This document shows, one piece after another, positions 28,971 to 39,405 of a stretch of DNA of 64,000 nt (within the stretch, counting starts at the first letter, position 1; each line of letters starts with the position of its first letter). The stretch lies in NCBI GenBank assembly GCA_039812125.1, contig JBDHZV010000002.1:1877-65876 (forward strand), given 5' to 3'. Position numbers and translations under genes: made by a program. The DNA is from Candidatus Nanopelagicales bacterium. GTDB lineage: Bacteria; Actinomycetota; Actinomycetes; S36-B12; CAIYMF01. Below the pieces are notes generated by a model. That model saw only the letters and a program-made list of their open reading frames with translations, searched no databases and was not told the DNA's origin.

Positions 28971-29360
28971 TCAGGCCTGCTCGGAGGGTGCCGGCGCGGA
29001 GGTCGCAGGCTCGTGCTGGCGGGCAACGACCAGCGGGAAGGCGCTGGCGGCCGCGAGCAGCATCGATGCGCCCACCAGGTACGCGAGCTGCCGGGTGCCG
29101 CTGGTCAGCACGAGGTCGCCTCCGGGGGTGCGGGTGGCCATCCCGAGGGTGGCGGCCAGCCAGCCCGCCGACAGGGCGAGCGCGCCCCACCGGCTGCCCA
29201 CCCACCAGGCGCACGCCCGGGCGACCAGCACCAGGGCGACCACGACCAGGACCATGCCGGTGGGCAGCAGCAGGCCCGCCACCTGGGTCTGGCGGGCCTG
29301 GAGCAGGGCGCCCACGACCCCGAGGAACGCACCGAGCAGCACCAGGGCGACGGCGCGCAT
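28971..29360 (-). CDS. Small integral membrane protein (4 predicted TM helices)
   Basis: Part of ORF 28971..29546, from the ATG at 29360 (MRAVALVLLGAFLGVVGALL...). It sits 9 nt after the dapD stop. Hydrophobic helices, no recognisable family. Confidence 0.5.
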   Translation of the reverse strand: MRAVALVLLGAFLGVVGALLQARQTQVAGLLLPTGMVLVVVALVLVARACAWWVGSRWGALALSAGWLAATLGMATRTPGGDLVLTSGTRQLAYLVGASMLLAAASAFPLVVARQHEPATSAPAPSEQA

Positions 29361-29368
29361 CCGGGCGC

Positions 29369-30307
29369 CTAGTTGGCGTGCAGGTGGGCGGCCAGGCCCC
29401 CCCAGTGCCCGGTGCGCGGGGTGGCCTCCAGGGCGCCCGTGACCGAGTTGCGCCGGAACAGCAGGTCGGCGACCCCGGACAGCTCGCGGCCCTTGACGAC
29501 GGTGCCGTCGGGCAGCGTGATCTTGGATCCGGCCGTCACGTAGCACCCGGCCTCGACCACCGAGCGGTCGCCCAGGGAGATCCCGATGCCGGCGTTGGCG
29601 CCGATGAGCGCGCCCTCGCCGACGGTGACCTGCTGTCGCCCGCCACCCGAGAGCGTCCCCATGATCGAGGCGCCGCCCCCGACGTCGGAGCCGGGCCCGA
29701 CGACGACACCGGCGGAGATGCGGCCCTCGACCATCGAGGGCCCCAGTGTGCCGGCGTTGAAGTTGCAGAAGCCCTCGTGCATCACCGTCGTGCCCTCGGC
29801 CAGGTGGGCCCCGAGCCGGACGCGATCAGCGTCGGCGATGCGCACCCCGGCCGGGACCACGTAGTCCACCATGCGCGGGAACTTGTCGACCGAGAGCACC
29901 GTGAGGGCGACCTCCGCGACCCGGGCCCGCATCCGCACCTCGGCCAGGTCCCCGACGGCGACCGGGCCCAGTGAGGTCCAGGCCACGTTGGGCAGCACCC
30001 CGAAGATGCCCTCGACGTTGATCGTGCGGGGCTGGACCAGCCGGTGGGACAGCAGGTGCAGCCGCAGGTAGGCGTCGGCGACGTCGGCCGGGGCTGCGGA
30101 GAGGTCGGCGATCCTGGTCGTGATCACCCGGGTGACCACCCCACGGATGGGGTCGTCCGCGCAGGCATCGGCCAGGTGGGGCAGGTCTGTCGGGTCGGCC
30201 GACAGCGCCGGCGCGGGGTACCAGACGTCGAGGATCGGGGCGTCCTCGCCGGTCCCGGCGTAGGTGGCGATCCCGTGGGCCGATGCGGGCAGGGTGAGCA
30301 GCTCCAT
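29369..30307 (-). CDS. dapD: 2,3,4,5-tetrahydropyridine-2,6-dicarboxylate N-succinyltransferase
   Basis: The last 312 codons of ORF 29369..30715, from the ATG at 30307. Left-handed beta-helix hexapeptide region ([24 protein letters not shown]...[24 protein letters not shown]). It is divergent from dapE, as in mycobacteria. Confidence 0.85.
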   Translation of the reverse strand: MELLTLPASAHGIATYAGTGEDAPILDVWYPAPALSADPTDLPHLADACADDPIRGVVTRVITTRIADLSAAPADVADAYLRLHLLSHRLVQPRTINVEGIFGVLPNVAWTSLGPVAVGDLAEVRMRARVAEVALTVLSVDKFPRMVDYVVPAGVRIADADRVRLGAHLAEGTTVMHEGFCNFNAGTLGPSMVEGRISAGVVVGPGSDVGGGASIMGTLSGGGRQQVTVGEGALIGANAGIGISLGDRSVVEAGCYVTAGSKITLPDGTVVKGRELSGVADLLFRRNSVTGALEATPRTGHWGGLAAHLHAN

Positions 30308-30350
30308 GGGTCGATAGCGTAGGGGGAGCCGATCCGGATGGGAGACCGAC

Positions 30351-31421
30351 ATGGCCCTGGACCCTGCGGGGGACCTCGTGACGCTGCTGGCCGACCTGGT
30401 CGACATCCCCAGCGTGAGCAGGTCGGAGGCCGCCATCGCAGACGCGATCCAGCAGTGCCTGGCCCCGCTGGGGCACCTGGCCGTGGAGCGCGACGGCAAC
30501 TGCCTGGTGGCGCGCACCGACCTGGGCCGGGCTGAGCGGGTCCTGGTGTGCGGGCACATCGACACGGTGCCCGAGGCAGCCAACCTGCCGCACCGGCTGG
30601 AGGTGGTCGACGGCGAGCAGCGCCTGGCGGGTCTGGGGGCCTGCGACATGAAGGGTGGGGTCGCGGTGCTCCTGGCGCTGGCCGCGACAGTGGCCGCCCC
30701 GGTCCACGACGTCACCTACGTGCTCTACGACAGCGAGGAGATCGAGGAGCGGTTCAACGGGCTCAAGCGCCTGGCGCAGACCCGTCCCGAGCTGCTGGAG
30801 GGCGACTTCGCGATCCTCATGGAGCCCTCCGTCGCGGGCGTGGAGGCCGGGTGCCAGGGAACGCTGCGCGCCGAGGTGCGCACGACCGGGCGGCGGGCCC
30901 ACAGCGCCCGGTCCTGGCTGGGCGTGAATGCGATCCACGAGGCTGCCGACGTGCTCGCCCGGTTGGCGGAGTACGTGCCCGCCCGGGTCATGATCGACGG
31001 GCTGGAGTACCGGGAGGGGCTCAACGCTGTCCTGATCTCCGGTGGCGTGGCAGGCAACGTGATCCCCGACGAGTGCGTCGTCACGGTGAACTACCGGTTC
31101 GCGCCCTCGGTGCGCCCCGAGCAGGCGATCAGCCACCTCACCACCGTGTTCGAGGGGTTCGACGTGCGGATCGTCGACGTCGCCGCCGGGGCCCTGCCGG
31201 GGCTGTCGCATCCGGCGGCCTCGGCGTTCGTCGCCCTGACCGGGTCCGAGCCCCGACCGAAGTACGGGTGGACCGACGTCGCTCGGTTCTCGGCGCTGGG
31301 CATCCCCGCCGTCAACTACGGGCCCGGCGACCCCTCGCTGGCGCACACCAGGGAGGAGTACGTGCCGACGAGCCAGGTCCGCCAGACCTATGAGGTCCTG
31401 CGGGCCTGGCTCGTCGGGTAG
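30351..31421 (+). CDS. dapE: Succinyl-diaminopimelate desuccinylase (M20 family)
   Basis: [16 protein letters not shown] and EPS...GCQGT motifs, 356 aa, adjacent to dapD. Confidence 0.9.
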   Translation: MALDPAGDLVTLLADLVDIPSVSRSEAAIADAIQQCLAPLGHLAVERDGNCLVARTDLGRAERVLVCGHIDTVPEAANLPHRLEVVDGEQRLAGLGACDMKGGVAVLLALAATVAAPVHDVTYVLYDSEEIEERFNGLKRLAQTRPELLEGDFAILMEPSVAGVEAGCQGTLRAEVRTTGRRAHSARSWLGVNAIHEAADVLARLAEYVPARVMIDGLEYREGLNAVLISGGVAGNVIPDECVVTVNYRFAPSVRPEQAISHLTTVFEGFDVRIVDVAAGALPGLSHPAASAFVALTGSEPRPKYGWTDVARFSALGIPAVNYGPGDPSLAHTREEYVPTSQVRQTYEVLRAWLVG

Positions 31422-31444
31422 GGCGGCCGGGCTCCGGCCTCGCG

Positions 31445-31990
31445 TCAGGAGGCCTTGACGGCCGACACGTCGAGCTGGATGCGGATGGCGTCGCTGACCA
31501 GGACGCCTCCGGCCTCGAGGGCCACGTTCCAGGTCAGGCCGAAGTCCTTGCGGCTGATCTGGGTCTCGCCCTCGAAGCCTGCGCGGACGTTCCCGAACGG
31601 GTCGGTGGCGACCCCGGTGGGCTCGAAGGGGATCTCCACGGGGCGCGTGACGCCCTTGATGGTCAGGTCGCCGAGCAGGACGAACGACGCGCCGTCCTGC
31701 TTGACCACCGTCGAGGCGAAGGTCATCTCGGGGTTGTTCGCGACGTCGAAGAAGTCCGGGCTGCGCAGGTGGGCATCGCGGTCCGCCGAGCCGGTGCTGA
31801 CCGACTCGAGGGCCACCGTGACGCTGGCCGTGGAGGACGCCGGCTCGTCGGCGTCGATGACCAGGGTTCCGGAGAACGTGTCGAAGGAGCCGCGCACCTT
31901 CGTGACCATGGCGTGGCGGGCGACGAAGCCCAGCCGCGAGTGGCTGGGGTCGATGGTCCAGGTGCCGGCGTAGGCGCTGTAGTCGGTCAT
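31445..31990 (-). CDS. YceI family polyisoprenoid-binding protein
   Basis: ATG at 31990 behind GAGGAGCGAGC. WTIDPSHSRLGFVARHAMVTKVRGSF and LTIKGVTRPV are YceI hallmarks. Confidence 0.85.
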   Translation of the reverse strand: MTDYSAYAGTWTIDPSHSRLGFVARHAMVTKVRGSFDTFSGTLVIDADEPASSTASVTVALESVSTGSADRDAHLRSPDFFDVANNPEMTFASTVVKQDGASFVLLGDLTIKGVTRPVEIPFEPTGVATDPFGNVRAGFEGETQISRKDFGLTWNVALEAGGVLVSDAIRIQLDVSAVKAS

Positions 31991-32118
31991 GCTCGCTCCT
32001 CGGTTCGATGGGACACGCGTGCCTCGGGGGGACACGCTGGTTGAAGGTTCAACGAGATAATTGAAGCTTGAAGCAACGCTCCCGTCAAGTCGGGTCCCGC
32101 CGGGATAGCGTGTCGGGC

Positions 32119-32913
32119 ATGGCTGACAGCGACGAGGCGGGCGTCCAGCGCCGCACCAAGGGGCCGGTGACCCTGCGCCGCCGGCAGGTCAACGGCACGA
32201 CCACCGACCAACGGCTGCTGGACACCCGGGACTCCGGCGACTGGGTCCACACCGACCCATGGCGGGTGCTGCGGATCCAGGCCGAGTTCGTCGAGGGCTT
32301 CGGTGCCCTGGCGACCCTGGGGCCGGCAATCAGCGTCTTCGGGTCGGCGCGCACCCCCGAGGGGCACCCGGAGTACGAGCGGGCCCGTGAGACGGCGCGC
32401 CGGCTCGCGGCCGCGGGCTACGCGGTGATCACCGGCGGCGGCCCCGGGATCATGGCCGCGGCCAACCGGGGGGCGTGGGAGGCGGGCGGGACCTCGGTCG
32501 GCCTGGGCATCGAGCTGCCCTTCGAGCAGGTGATGAACGAGTGGGTCGACCTCGGGATCAACTTCCGCTACTTCTTCGCCCGCAAGACCATGTTCGTCAA
32601 GTACGCCCAGGGCTTCGTGGTCTTCCCCGGCGGCTTCGGCACGATCGACGAGCTCTTCGAGTCGCTGACCCTGGCCCAGACCGGCAAGGTCACCGCGTTC
32701 CCGATCATCCTGGTGGGCCGCGCCTACTGGGCCGGCCTGCTGGACTGGCTGCGGGGCACGATGGCGGTCGACGGCAAGATCTCGCCGGGCGACGTCGACC
32801 TGGTGCACGTCACCGACGACCCCGAGGACGTCGTGCGGGTGCTGCGCGAGGCCGCGGCCGCCCGGGCCGAGCAGCACGGCCGGCCGGCCGGCCGGGTCGG
32901 GGACGGCACCTGA
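32119..32913 (+). CDS. LOG family (TIGR00730) nucleotide phosphoribohydrolase
   Basis: GGGPGIMAAANRGA and the PGGFGTIDELFE (PGGxGTxxE) motif. The ATG is at 32119; the ORF track starts at the TTG at 32068. Confidence 0.85.
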   Translation: MADSDEAGVQRRTKGPVTLRRRQVNGTTTDQRLLDTRDSGDWVHTDPWRVLRIQAEFVEGFGALATLGPAISVFGSARTPEGHPEYERARETARRLAAAGYAVITGGGPGIMAAANRGAWEAGGTSVGLGIELPFEQVMNEWVDLGINFRYFFARKTMFVKYAQGFVVFPGGFGTIDELFESLTLAQTGKVTAFPIILVGRAYWAGLLDWLRGTMAVDGKISPGDVDLVHVTDDPEDVVRVLREAAAARAEQHGRPAGRVGDGT

Positions 32914-32946
32914 GCCCCCCACTGCGGGGCATCCACCGGCCGGGGC

Positions 32947-33813
32947 TCACGCCAGCCCGCGCCGGCTCACCGCCGGCTGGCGGGTGCCGGCGATGGTGCG
33001 CTCCATGTCCAGGGCCTGCAGGGTCTCCACCACGTCGTGGGCGCGGTACACCCGGGCGCCGAGCATCGAGCTGACTGTCGTGGCCGCGAGCGTCCCGACC
33101 AGGCGGCTGGCGGGGTCCGCGATGCCCAGCGACTCGCCCACGAAGTCCTTGCGCGACAGCGACACCAGCACCGGCCACCCGGTGGCGACCATCTGCCCCA
33201 GCTCGCGGGTCGCGATCAGGGAGTGTCGGGTGTTCTTGCCGAAGTCGTGGCCCGGGTCGATCATCACCCGGTCGGGCGCGACGCCCAGTGAGACGGCGCG
33301 CTCGGCCTCGGCGAGCGTGCGGCGCAGGATGTCGGCCATGACGTCGGGGTAGCCGACCCGGTGCGGCCTGGTCCGCGGGGCCTGCCCGCCGGTGTGCGTG
33401 CAGACCAGGCCGGCCCCGTGCTCGGCCGCCACCGCGGCGAGCTCCGGGTCGACGCCGCCCCAGGCGTCGTTGAGGATGTCCGCCCCGGCGGCGCACACCG
33501 CGGCGCCCACCTCGGCGCGCCAGGTGTCCACCGAGATCGTCAGGTCGGGATGCTGCTGGCGGACCTGGGCGACCAGGTCCACCGTTCGCGCCCGCTCCTC
33601 GCGGGCATCCACCTCGTCGCCGGGGCCCGCCTTCACCCCGCCGATGTCGACGATTCGGGCCCCCTGGGCCACCACGGTGGCCACGCGCTCCAGCGCCGCC
33701 TGCAGCCCGTAGGTGGCCCCGCGGTCGAAGAACGAGTCCGGCGTGCGGTTGACGATCGCCATGACGACGCGGTCGTCGGGGCCCACCGCCCCGTGCCGCA
33801 GCTGCAGGTCCAT
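32947..33813 (-). CDS. folP: Dihydropteroate synthase (FolP/FolP2-like)
   Basis: The last 288 codons of ORF 32947..34692, from the ATG at 33813. VMAIVNRTPDSFFD, IVDIGG, DILNDAWGG, MIDPGHDFGK and VLVSLSRK. Confidence 0.9.
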   Translation of the reverse strand: MDLQLRHGAVGPDDRVVMAIVNRTPDSFFDRGATYGLQAALERVATVVAQGARIVDIGGVKAGPGDEVDAREERARTVDLVAQVRQQHPDLTISVDTWRAEVGAAVCAAGADILNDAWGGVDPELAAVAAEHGAGLVCTHTGGQAPRTRPHRVGYPDVMADILRRTLAEAERAVSLGVAPDRVMIDPGHDFGKNTRHSLIATRELGQMVATGWPVLVSLSRKDFVGESLGIADPASRLVGTLAATTVSSMLGARVYRAHDVVETLQALDMERTIAGTRQPAVSRRGLA

Positions 33814-33827
33814 GGGAGGATCCTGCC

Positions 33828-34115
33828 GTGCTGATCGTGTTCGTGCTCGTGGCGATCGCCGTGGTGGCCGCGGTCGCCGTGCTGGTGGCCCGGGACCGGC
33901 CGGTGCTCGCCGACGATCCCACCCCGGGCCGGCCGCTGCGCTGGCCCGAGACCCCACCCACGGCCCAGGACGTGGCGTCGGTCCGGTTCGCCGTGGCCGT
34001 CCGGGGGTACCGGATGGACCAGGTCGACCGGGTGCTCGACGACCTGGCCCGGGCCCTCGAGCATCGCGACCGGGTGATCGAGGCCCTGCAGGCACCGCCG
34101 GACCGCGAGCCGTGA
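33828..34115 (+). CDS. Small membrane protein with a DivIVA-type domain
   Basis: GTG start, N-terminal TM helix LIVFVLVAIAVVAAVAVLV, then FAVAVRGYRMDQVDRVLDDL, which resembles the short DivIVA domain (RGYxxxEVDxFL). Confidence 0.6.
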   Translation: MLIVFVLVAIAVVAAVAVLVARDRPVLADDPTPGRPLRWPETPPTAQDVASVRFAVAVRGYRMDQVDRVLDDLARALEHRDRVIEALQAPPDREP

Positions 34116-34573
34116 CCCGCCGCGTCCGGCTGGCACACAGTGTGGTCGTGGCAGCCTCCGCGCAGGAGTGCTTCGACGCCCTCGTCGACTGGCCCGCCCA
34201 GGGACGGTGGATGATGCTGACCGCTGTCACCGCCGACGGCCCGGCGGCCGGCCCGGGTGGGCGGCTGACCGCAGTGACCGGCCGGGGCCGGGTGGCGCTG
34301 GTGGACACCATGGAGATCACGGGGTGGGATCGGCCCCGTCGGGTCGAGGTCCTGCACACCGGCCGGGTGGTGCGCGGACCCGGCGCCATGGAGGTGCTGC
34401 CGCTTCCCGACGGGCGCACCCGGGTGGTCTGGAGCGAGGACCTGGAGCTGCCGCTGGGAGCCGTCGGCCGGGCCGGCTTCGCCGTGTTGCGCCCGCTCGT
34501 GGCGCTCGGCGTGACGCGCAGCCTGGCCCGGTTCGCCGCCCTGGTGGCCGCCGGGCAGATCGGCTCCGGCTGA
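34112..34573 (+). CDS. SRPBCC (polyketide cyclase/START-like) family protein
   Basis: The GTG at 34112 overlaps the upstream stop (GTGA). VRLAHSVVVAASAQECFDALVDWPAQGRWM is a typical SRPBCC opening. Confidence 0.6.
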   Translation: MTRRVRLAHSVVVAASAQECFDALVDWPAQGRWMMLTAVTADGPAAGPGGRLTAVTGRGRVALVDTMEITGWDRPRRVEVLHTGRVVRGPGAMEVLPLPDGRTRVVWSEDLELPLGAVGRAGFAVLRPLVALGVTRSLARFAALVAAGQIGSG

Positions 34574-34673
34574 CCCCCGTCGGTGCGTGGGATCCCCCGA
34601 ATCCCCCGCCATGGGGGATAATGCCCCCAGCGGACCAGAGCGGGGACGCTGGCCAACGGAAAGGGGTTCGCAG

Positions 34674-34841
34674 ATGGCGGCCATGAAGCCACGCACGGGT
34701 GACGGCCCGCTGGAGGTGACCAAGGAGGGCCGCGGAATCGTCATGCGCGTCCCCCTGGAGGGCGGCGGCCGCCTTGTCGTCGAGCTCTCGGCCGACGAGG
34801 CGCGTGACCTCGGCAGCCAGCTCTCCGAGGTTGCCGGCTAG
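34674..34841 (+). CDS. DUF3117 small conserved actinobacterial protein
   Basis: MAAMKPRTGDGPLEVTKEGRGIVMRVPLEGGGRLVVELSADEARDLGSQL is nearly the sequence I recall for the mycobacterial Rv1211 family. The ATG is at 34674, within ORF 34587..34841. Confidence 0.85.
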   Translation: MAAMKPRTGDGPLEVTKEGRGIVMRVPLEGGGRLVVELSADEARDLGSQLSEVAG

Positions 34842-34942
34842 CTCCTCCAGCGCATCGGGAACCCCGCAACCCCCGTCCGATGACGGTACGGTTGCGGGGT
34901 TCTTCGTCGTCCGGAAGGGGTCGCGTGGCCGATCAGCCACTC

Positions 34943-36423
<1,481 letters not shown>

Positions 36424-36427
<4 letters not shown>

Positions 36428-37095
36428 CTGCCCGGGGCGCGGTCCCGGAGCACGGCGACGAGCAGGCCGTCGCCGACCGGCAGCAGGGCCGGGGTCAGCC
36501 GCTCGTCGCCGCGGATCGCGGCGACCACGGCCCGCAGGTCCACCGTCTGCGGGTCACGCTGGGCGGGGTCCGCGACCTTGTCGTGCCACAGGGTGTTGTC
36601 CAGGACCACCGCGCCCCCCGGGCGCAGCAGCCGCAGGGCCTGCTCCAGGCAGGCCGCGTACTCGGACTTGTCGCCGTCGATGAACACCAGGTCGTACCCG
36701 GAGTCGGTCAGGCGGGGCAGGACCTCGAGCGCCCGCCCCGTGATCAGCCGCGCCCGCGACGGCGCGATCCCGGACGCGGTGAACGTGGCCCGGGCCACCC
36801 GCTGGTGCTCGGCCTCGACGTCGACGCTGGTCAGGATCCCGTCCGGGCGCATCCCGCGCAGCAGGGCCAGTCCGGAGACCCCGGCCCCGGTGCCGACCTC
36901 GACCACGTGGTGCGCGCCCAGCAGGGCCGCGATGACGGTCAGCGCGGTGGCCGCGCCCTGGCCGACTGCTGGGCACCCGAGCTCCTCGGCGCGCATCCGG
37001 GCCTCGGCGACGACGTCGTCCTCCGCCAGCCAGTGCTCGGCGAAGCTCCAGCTGGCGGTGCTCGGGGGGGTCACGGCGGCGCACATCGGCGGCAC
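36424..37095 (-). CDS. Class I SAM-dependent O-methyltransferase (caffeoyl-CoA OMT-like)
   Basis: VVEVGTGAGVSGLALL (motif I), YDLVFIDGDK and LRPGGAVVLDNTLW. Confidence 0.85.
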
Positions 37096-37243
37096 CCTTT
37101 CGTCGCGGGGCGTGTGGGGCCCAAGCGTAACGGCCGGGATCGAACCGGGACGCCATGGCGCCGGGCCCTTCCCGGGTGCGGCGATTACCGGACCCGAACG
37201 TTGCCCGGACCGGGGCTGCGGGCGCCATCCCTACAGTGCTGGT

Positions 37244-38734
37244 GTGACGACGACGCGCGATGATGGCCCCATGGACGACAGCCGCCCCGCCGAGCGCCCC
37301 GACGGCGAATCCCAGCCCCAGCCCAGCGGCTGGGACCCGGGCCCCGACTCCGGACCGGCGGCCCAGGGGTGGGAGCAGCCCACCGCCTGGCAGGCGCCCT
37401 ACGGAAGCGGCGAGGCCAGCTACGCCGCCCCCGACGCTGCGGCGACGGCCCAGCAGCAGCCCTTCGGCTACGAGGCCCCGCAGGCGCCGGCGCCGACCTG
37501 GGACCCCGCCACCTCCACCTGGGTGCAGCACCCCCAGCCCGGAGCCCACGGCTGGACCCAGGGGCAGCAGGGCCAGCCCGGTGGCTACGCCGGCTGGTCG
37601 GACACCTCCGTCCTGCCCCCCGCGGGCGGCGCGGGTGCGCCCGCACCGGCTGCCGCGGCCGACCGCCCCCGGCGATCCCGAACCCTCCCGGTCCTGGCCA
37701 TGGCCGCCCTCGTCGGGCTGCTCGCCGGGGGCGTCGGCGGGTACGTGGGCGCGCAGGCCGGCGACAGCTCGGGTCCCGGCACGTCGGTGACGCTGCCGCA
37801 GGCGGCCTCGGGCACGTCCCAGCGCCCCGACGGCTCGATCGCGGCGATCGCGGCGAAGGTCAGCCCGGCGGTGGTCTCGATCGCCGTGTCCGACCAGAGC
37901 GGCGAGGGGACCGGCTCCGGGTTCGTCATCCGCACGGACGGCTACATCCTGACCAACAACCACGTCGTGGAGTCCGCGGTGGACGGCGGCACCATCAAGG
38001 TGGACTTCCCGGATGGCCGCTCGTTCGACGCCACAGTCGTCGGCCGCGACCAGTCCTACGACCTGGCCGTGATCAAGGTGGACGCCTCCGACCTGCCGGC
38101 CGTCACGCTGGGCAACTCCGACGACCTCGTGGTCGGCGACACGGCGATCGCCATCGGCAGCCCGCTGGGGCTGGACGGCACCGTCACCGCCGGGATCATC
38201 AGCGCGCTGAACCGCCCGGTCACGGCCGGTGGGCAGGGGGAGACCTCCTTCATCAACGCGATCCAGACCGACGCGGCCATCAACCCCGGCAACTCCGGCG
38301 GCGCCCTGCTCAACTCGGCAGGCGCGGTCATCGGGGTCAACTCGGCCATCGCCACGCTCGGGGACGGCAGTGGCCAGAGCGGGTCGATCGGCCTGGGCTT
38401 CGCGATCCCCATCAACCAGGCCAAGCGGATCGCCGAGGAGCTCATCGGCACGGGGAAGTCGACCAAGCCGATCATCGGCGTGACCCTGGACCTGCAGTAC
38501 GCCGGCGAGGGTGCCAAGGTGCGGACCGTCACAGCCGGCGGACCGGCCGACAAGGCCGGCATCGAGGACGGCGACGTGATCGTGAAGTTCGACGGTGACC
38601 CCGTGGCGGACTCCACGCAGCTGGTCGTCGACATCCGGGCCAAGAACCCCGGGGACGCGGTGGAGCTGACCGTCGAGCGCGGCGGCGACACCAAGGAGAT
38701 CACCGTGACGCTCGGCTCGGACTCGTCGCAGTAG
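37244..38734 (+). CDS. htrA: HtrA/PepD-like trypsin-fold serine protease with a PDZ domain and a long Pro/Gln-rich N-terminus
   Basis: Part of ORF 36578..38734. Catalytic triad contexts are TNNHVV, YDLAVIKV and GNSGGAL. One TM helix (LPVLAMAALVGLLAGGVGGYV) and a C-terminal PDZ domain. The start is the GTG at 37244 or the ATG at 37271. Confidence 0.85.
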   Translation: MTTTRDDGPMDDSRPAERPDGESQPQPSGWDPGPDSGPAAQGWEQPTAWQAPYGSGEASYAAPDAAATAQQQPFGYEAPQAPAPTWDPATSTWVQHPQPGAHGWTQGQQGQPGGYAGWSDTSVLPPAGGAGAPAPAAAADRPRRSRTLPVLAMAALVGLLAGGVGGYVGAQAGDSSGPGTSVTLPQAASGTSQRPDGSIAAIAAKVSPAVVSIAVSDQSGEGTGSGFVIRTDGYILTNNHVVESAVDGGTIKVDFPDGRSFDATVVGRDQSYDLAVIKVDASDLPAVTLGNSDDLVVGDTAIAIGSPLGLDGTVTAGIISALNRPVTAGGQGETSFINAIQTDAAINPGNSGGALLNSAGAVIGVNSAIATLGDGSGQSGSIGLGFAIPINQAKRIAEELIGTGKSTKPIIGVTLDLQYAGEGAKVRTVTAGGPADKAGIEDGDVIVKFDGDPVADSTQLVVDIRAKNPGDAVELTVERGGDTKEITVTLGSDSSQ

Positions 38735-38755
38735 CGCGCGACGTAGGCTGGGGCG

Positions 38756-39292
38756 GTGCTGTTCGACATCGGTCTGGGGGAGTTGCTGCTCATCGCGGTG
38801 CTGGCCCTGCTCGTGTTCGGACCGGACCGCCTCCCGCGCGCCGCGGCCGATGCCGCCAAGCTGCTGCGCCAGGTCCGCACGGCGGCGACGTCGGCTCGCC
38901 GGGACCTGGTCGATGCGGCCGGGCTCGACGGCCAGGACGAGCTCTCGAGCGCCCTGCGCGACCTGAAGGACCTGGACCCGCGCCGGGTCCTGGGCAGCAT
39001 CCTCGACGACCCCGGGGTGCAGGCCCCGGACGCCGCTGCGGGGCCGGCCTCGGCCCGTCCCGCCGGTTCGCAGCCCGGCGCACCACAGACCCCCGGGGCA
39101 GCACGGCAGGCCGCCAACCCCGGGCCCACTGCTGGGTCGGGGACCGGACCGGGGTCGGCTGGTCCCGTCCTCGACCCAGCTCGTGGCGGCGACCGGACAC
39201 CAGCTCCGGCGGCGGGGCAGCCCTCGGCAGGGACCGGACCGGGTGCCGCCAGCGCCGACGACGTGGGTGCCGTGGACCAGGACTGGACCTAG
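38756..39292 (+). CDS. tatB: Sec-independent protein translocase subunit TatB
   Basis: (M)LFDIGLGELLLIAVLALLVFGPDRLPRAA is the Tat A/B N-terminal motif. It has a low-complexity C-terminus and follows htrA, as in mycobacteria. Confidence 0.8.
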   Translation: MLFDIGLGELLLIAVLALLVFGPDRLPRAAADAAKLLRQVRTAATSARRDLVDAAGLDGQDELSSALRDLKDLDPRRVLGSILDDPGVQAPDAAAGPASARPAGSQPGAPQTPGAARQAANPGPTAGSGTGPGSAGPVLDPARGGDRTPAPAAGQPSAGTGPGAASADDVGAVDQDWT

Positions 39293-39324
39293 TGCGTGGT
39301 GCTGCGCCACCCAGTCCCCCCGGT

Positions 39325-39405
39325 CCGGTCAGGACCGGGCAGCGGGGGTGAGGCCCAGCCGGGTCGCGGCCCGGTCAGGACCGGGTAGCGGGGGTGAGGC
39401 CCAGC
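39325..39405. repeat. Direct duplication of the mrp 3' end (35-bp copies, 46-bp period)
   Basis: ccggtcaggaccgggCagcgggggtgaggcccagc at 39325-39359 versus ccggtcaggaccgggTagcgggggtgaggcccagc at 39371-39405. The second copy contains the mrp stop codon. Confidence 0.9.

Noticed and set aside
32947-34692. 581-aa ORF extending folP upstream
   Set aside because: The folP homology begins at the ATG at 33813. The extension is Pro/Arg/Gly-rich and overlaps three plus-strand genes with good signatures (DivIVA-domain protein, SRPBCC, DUF3117).
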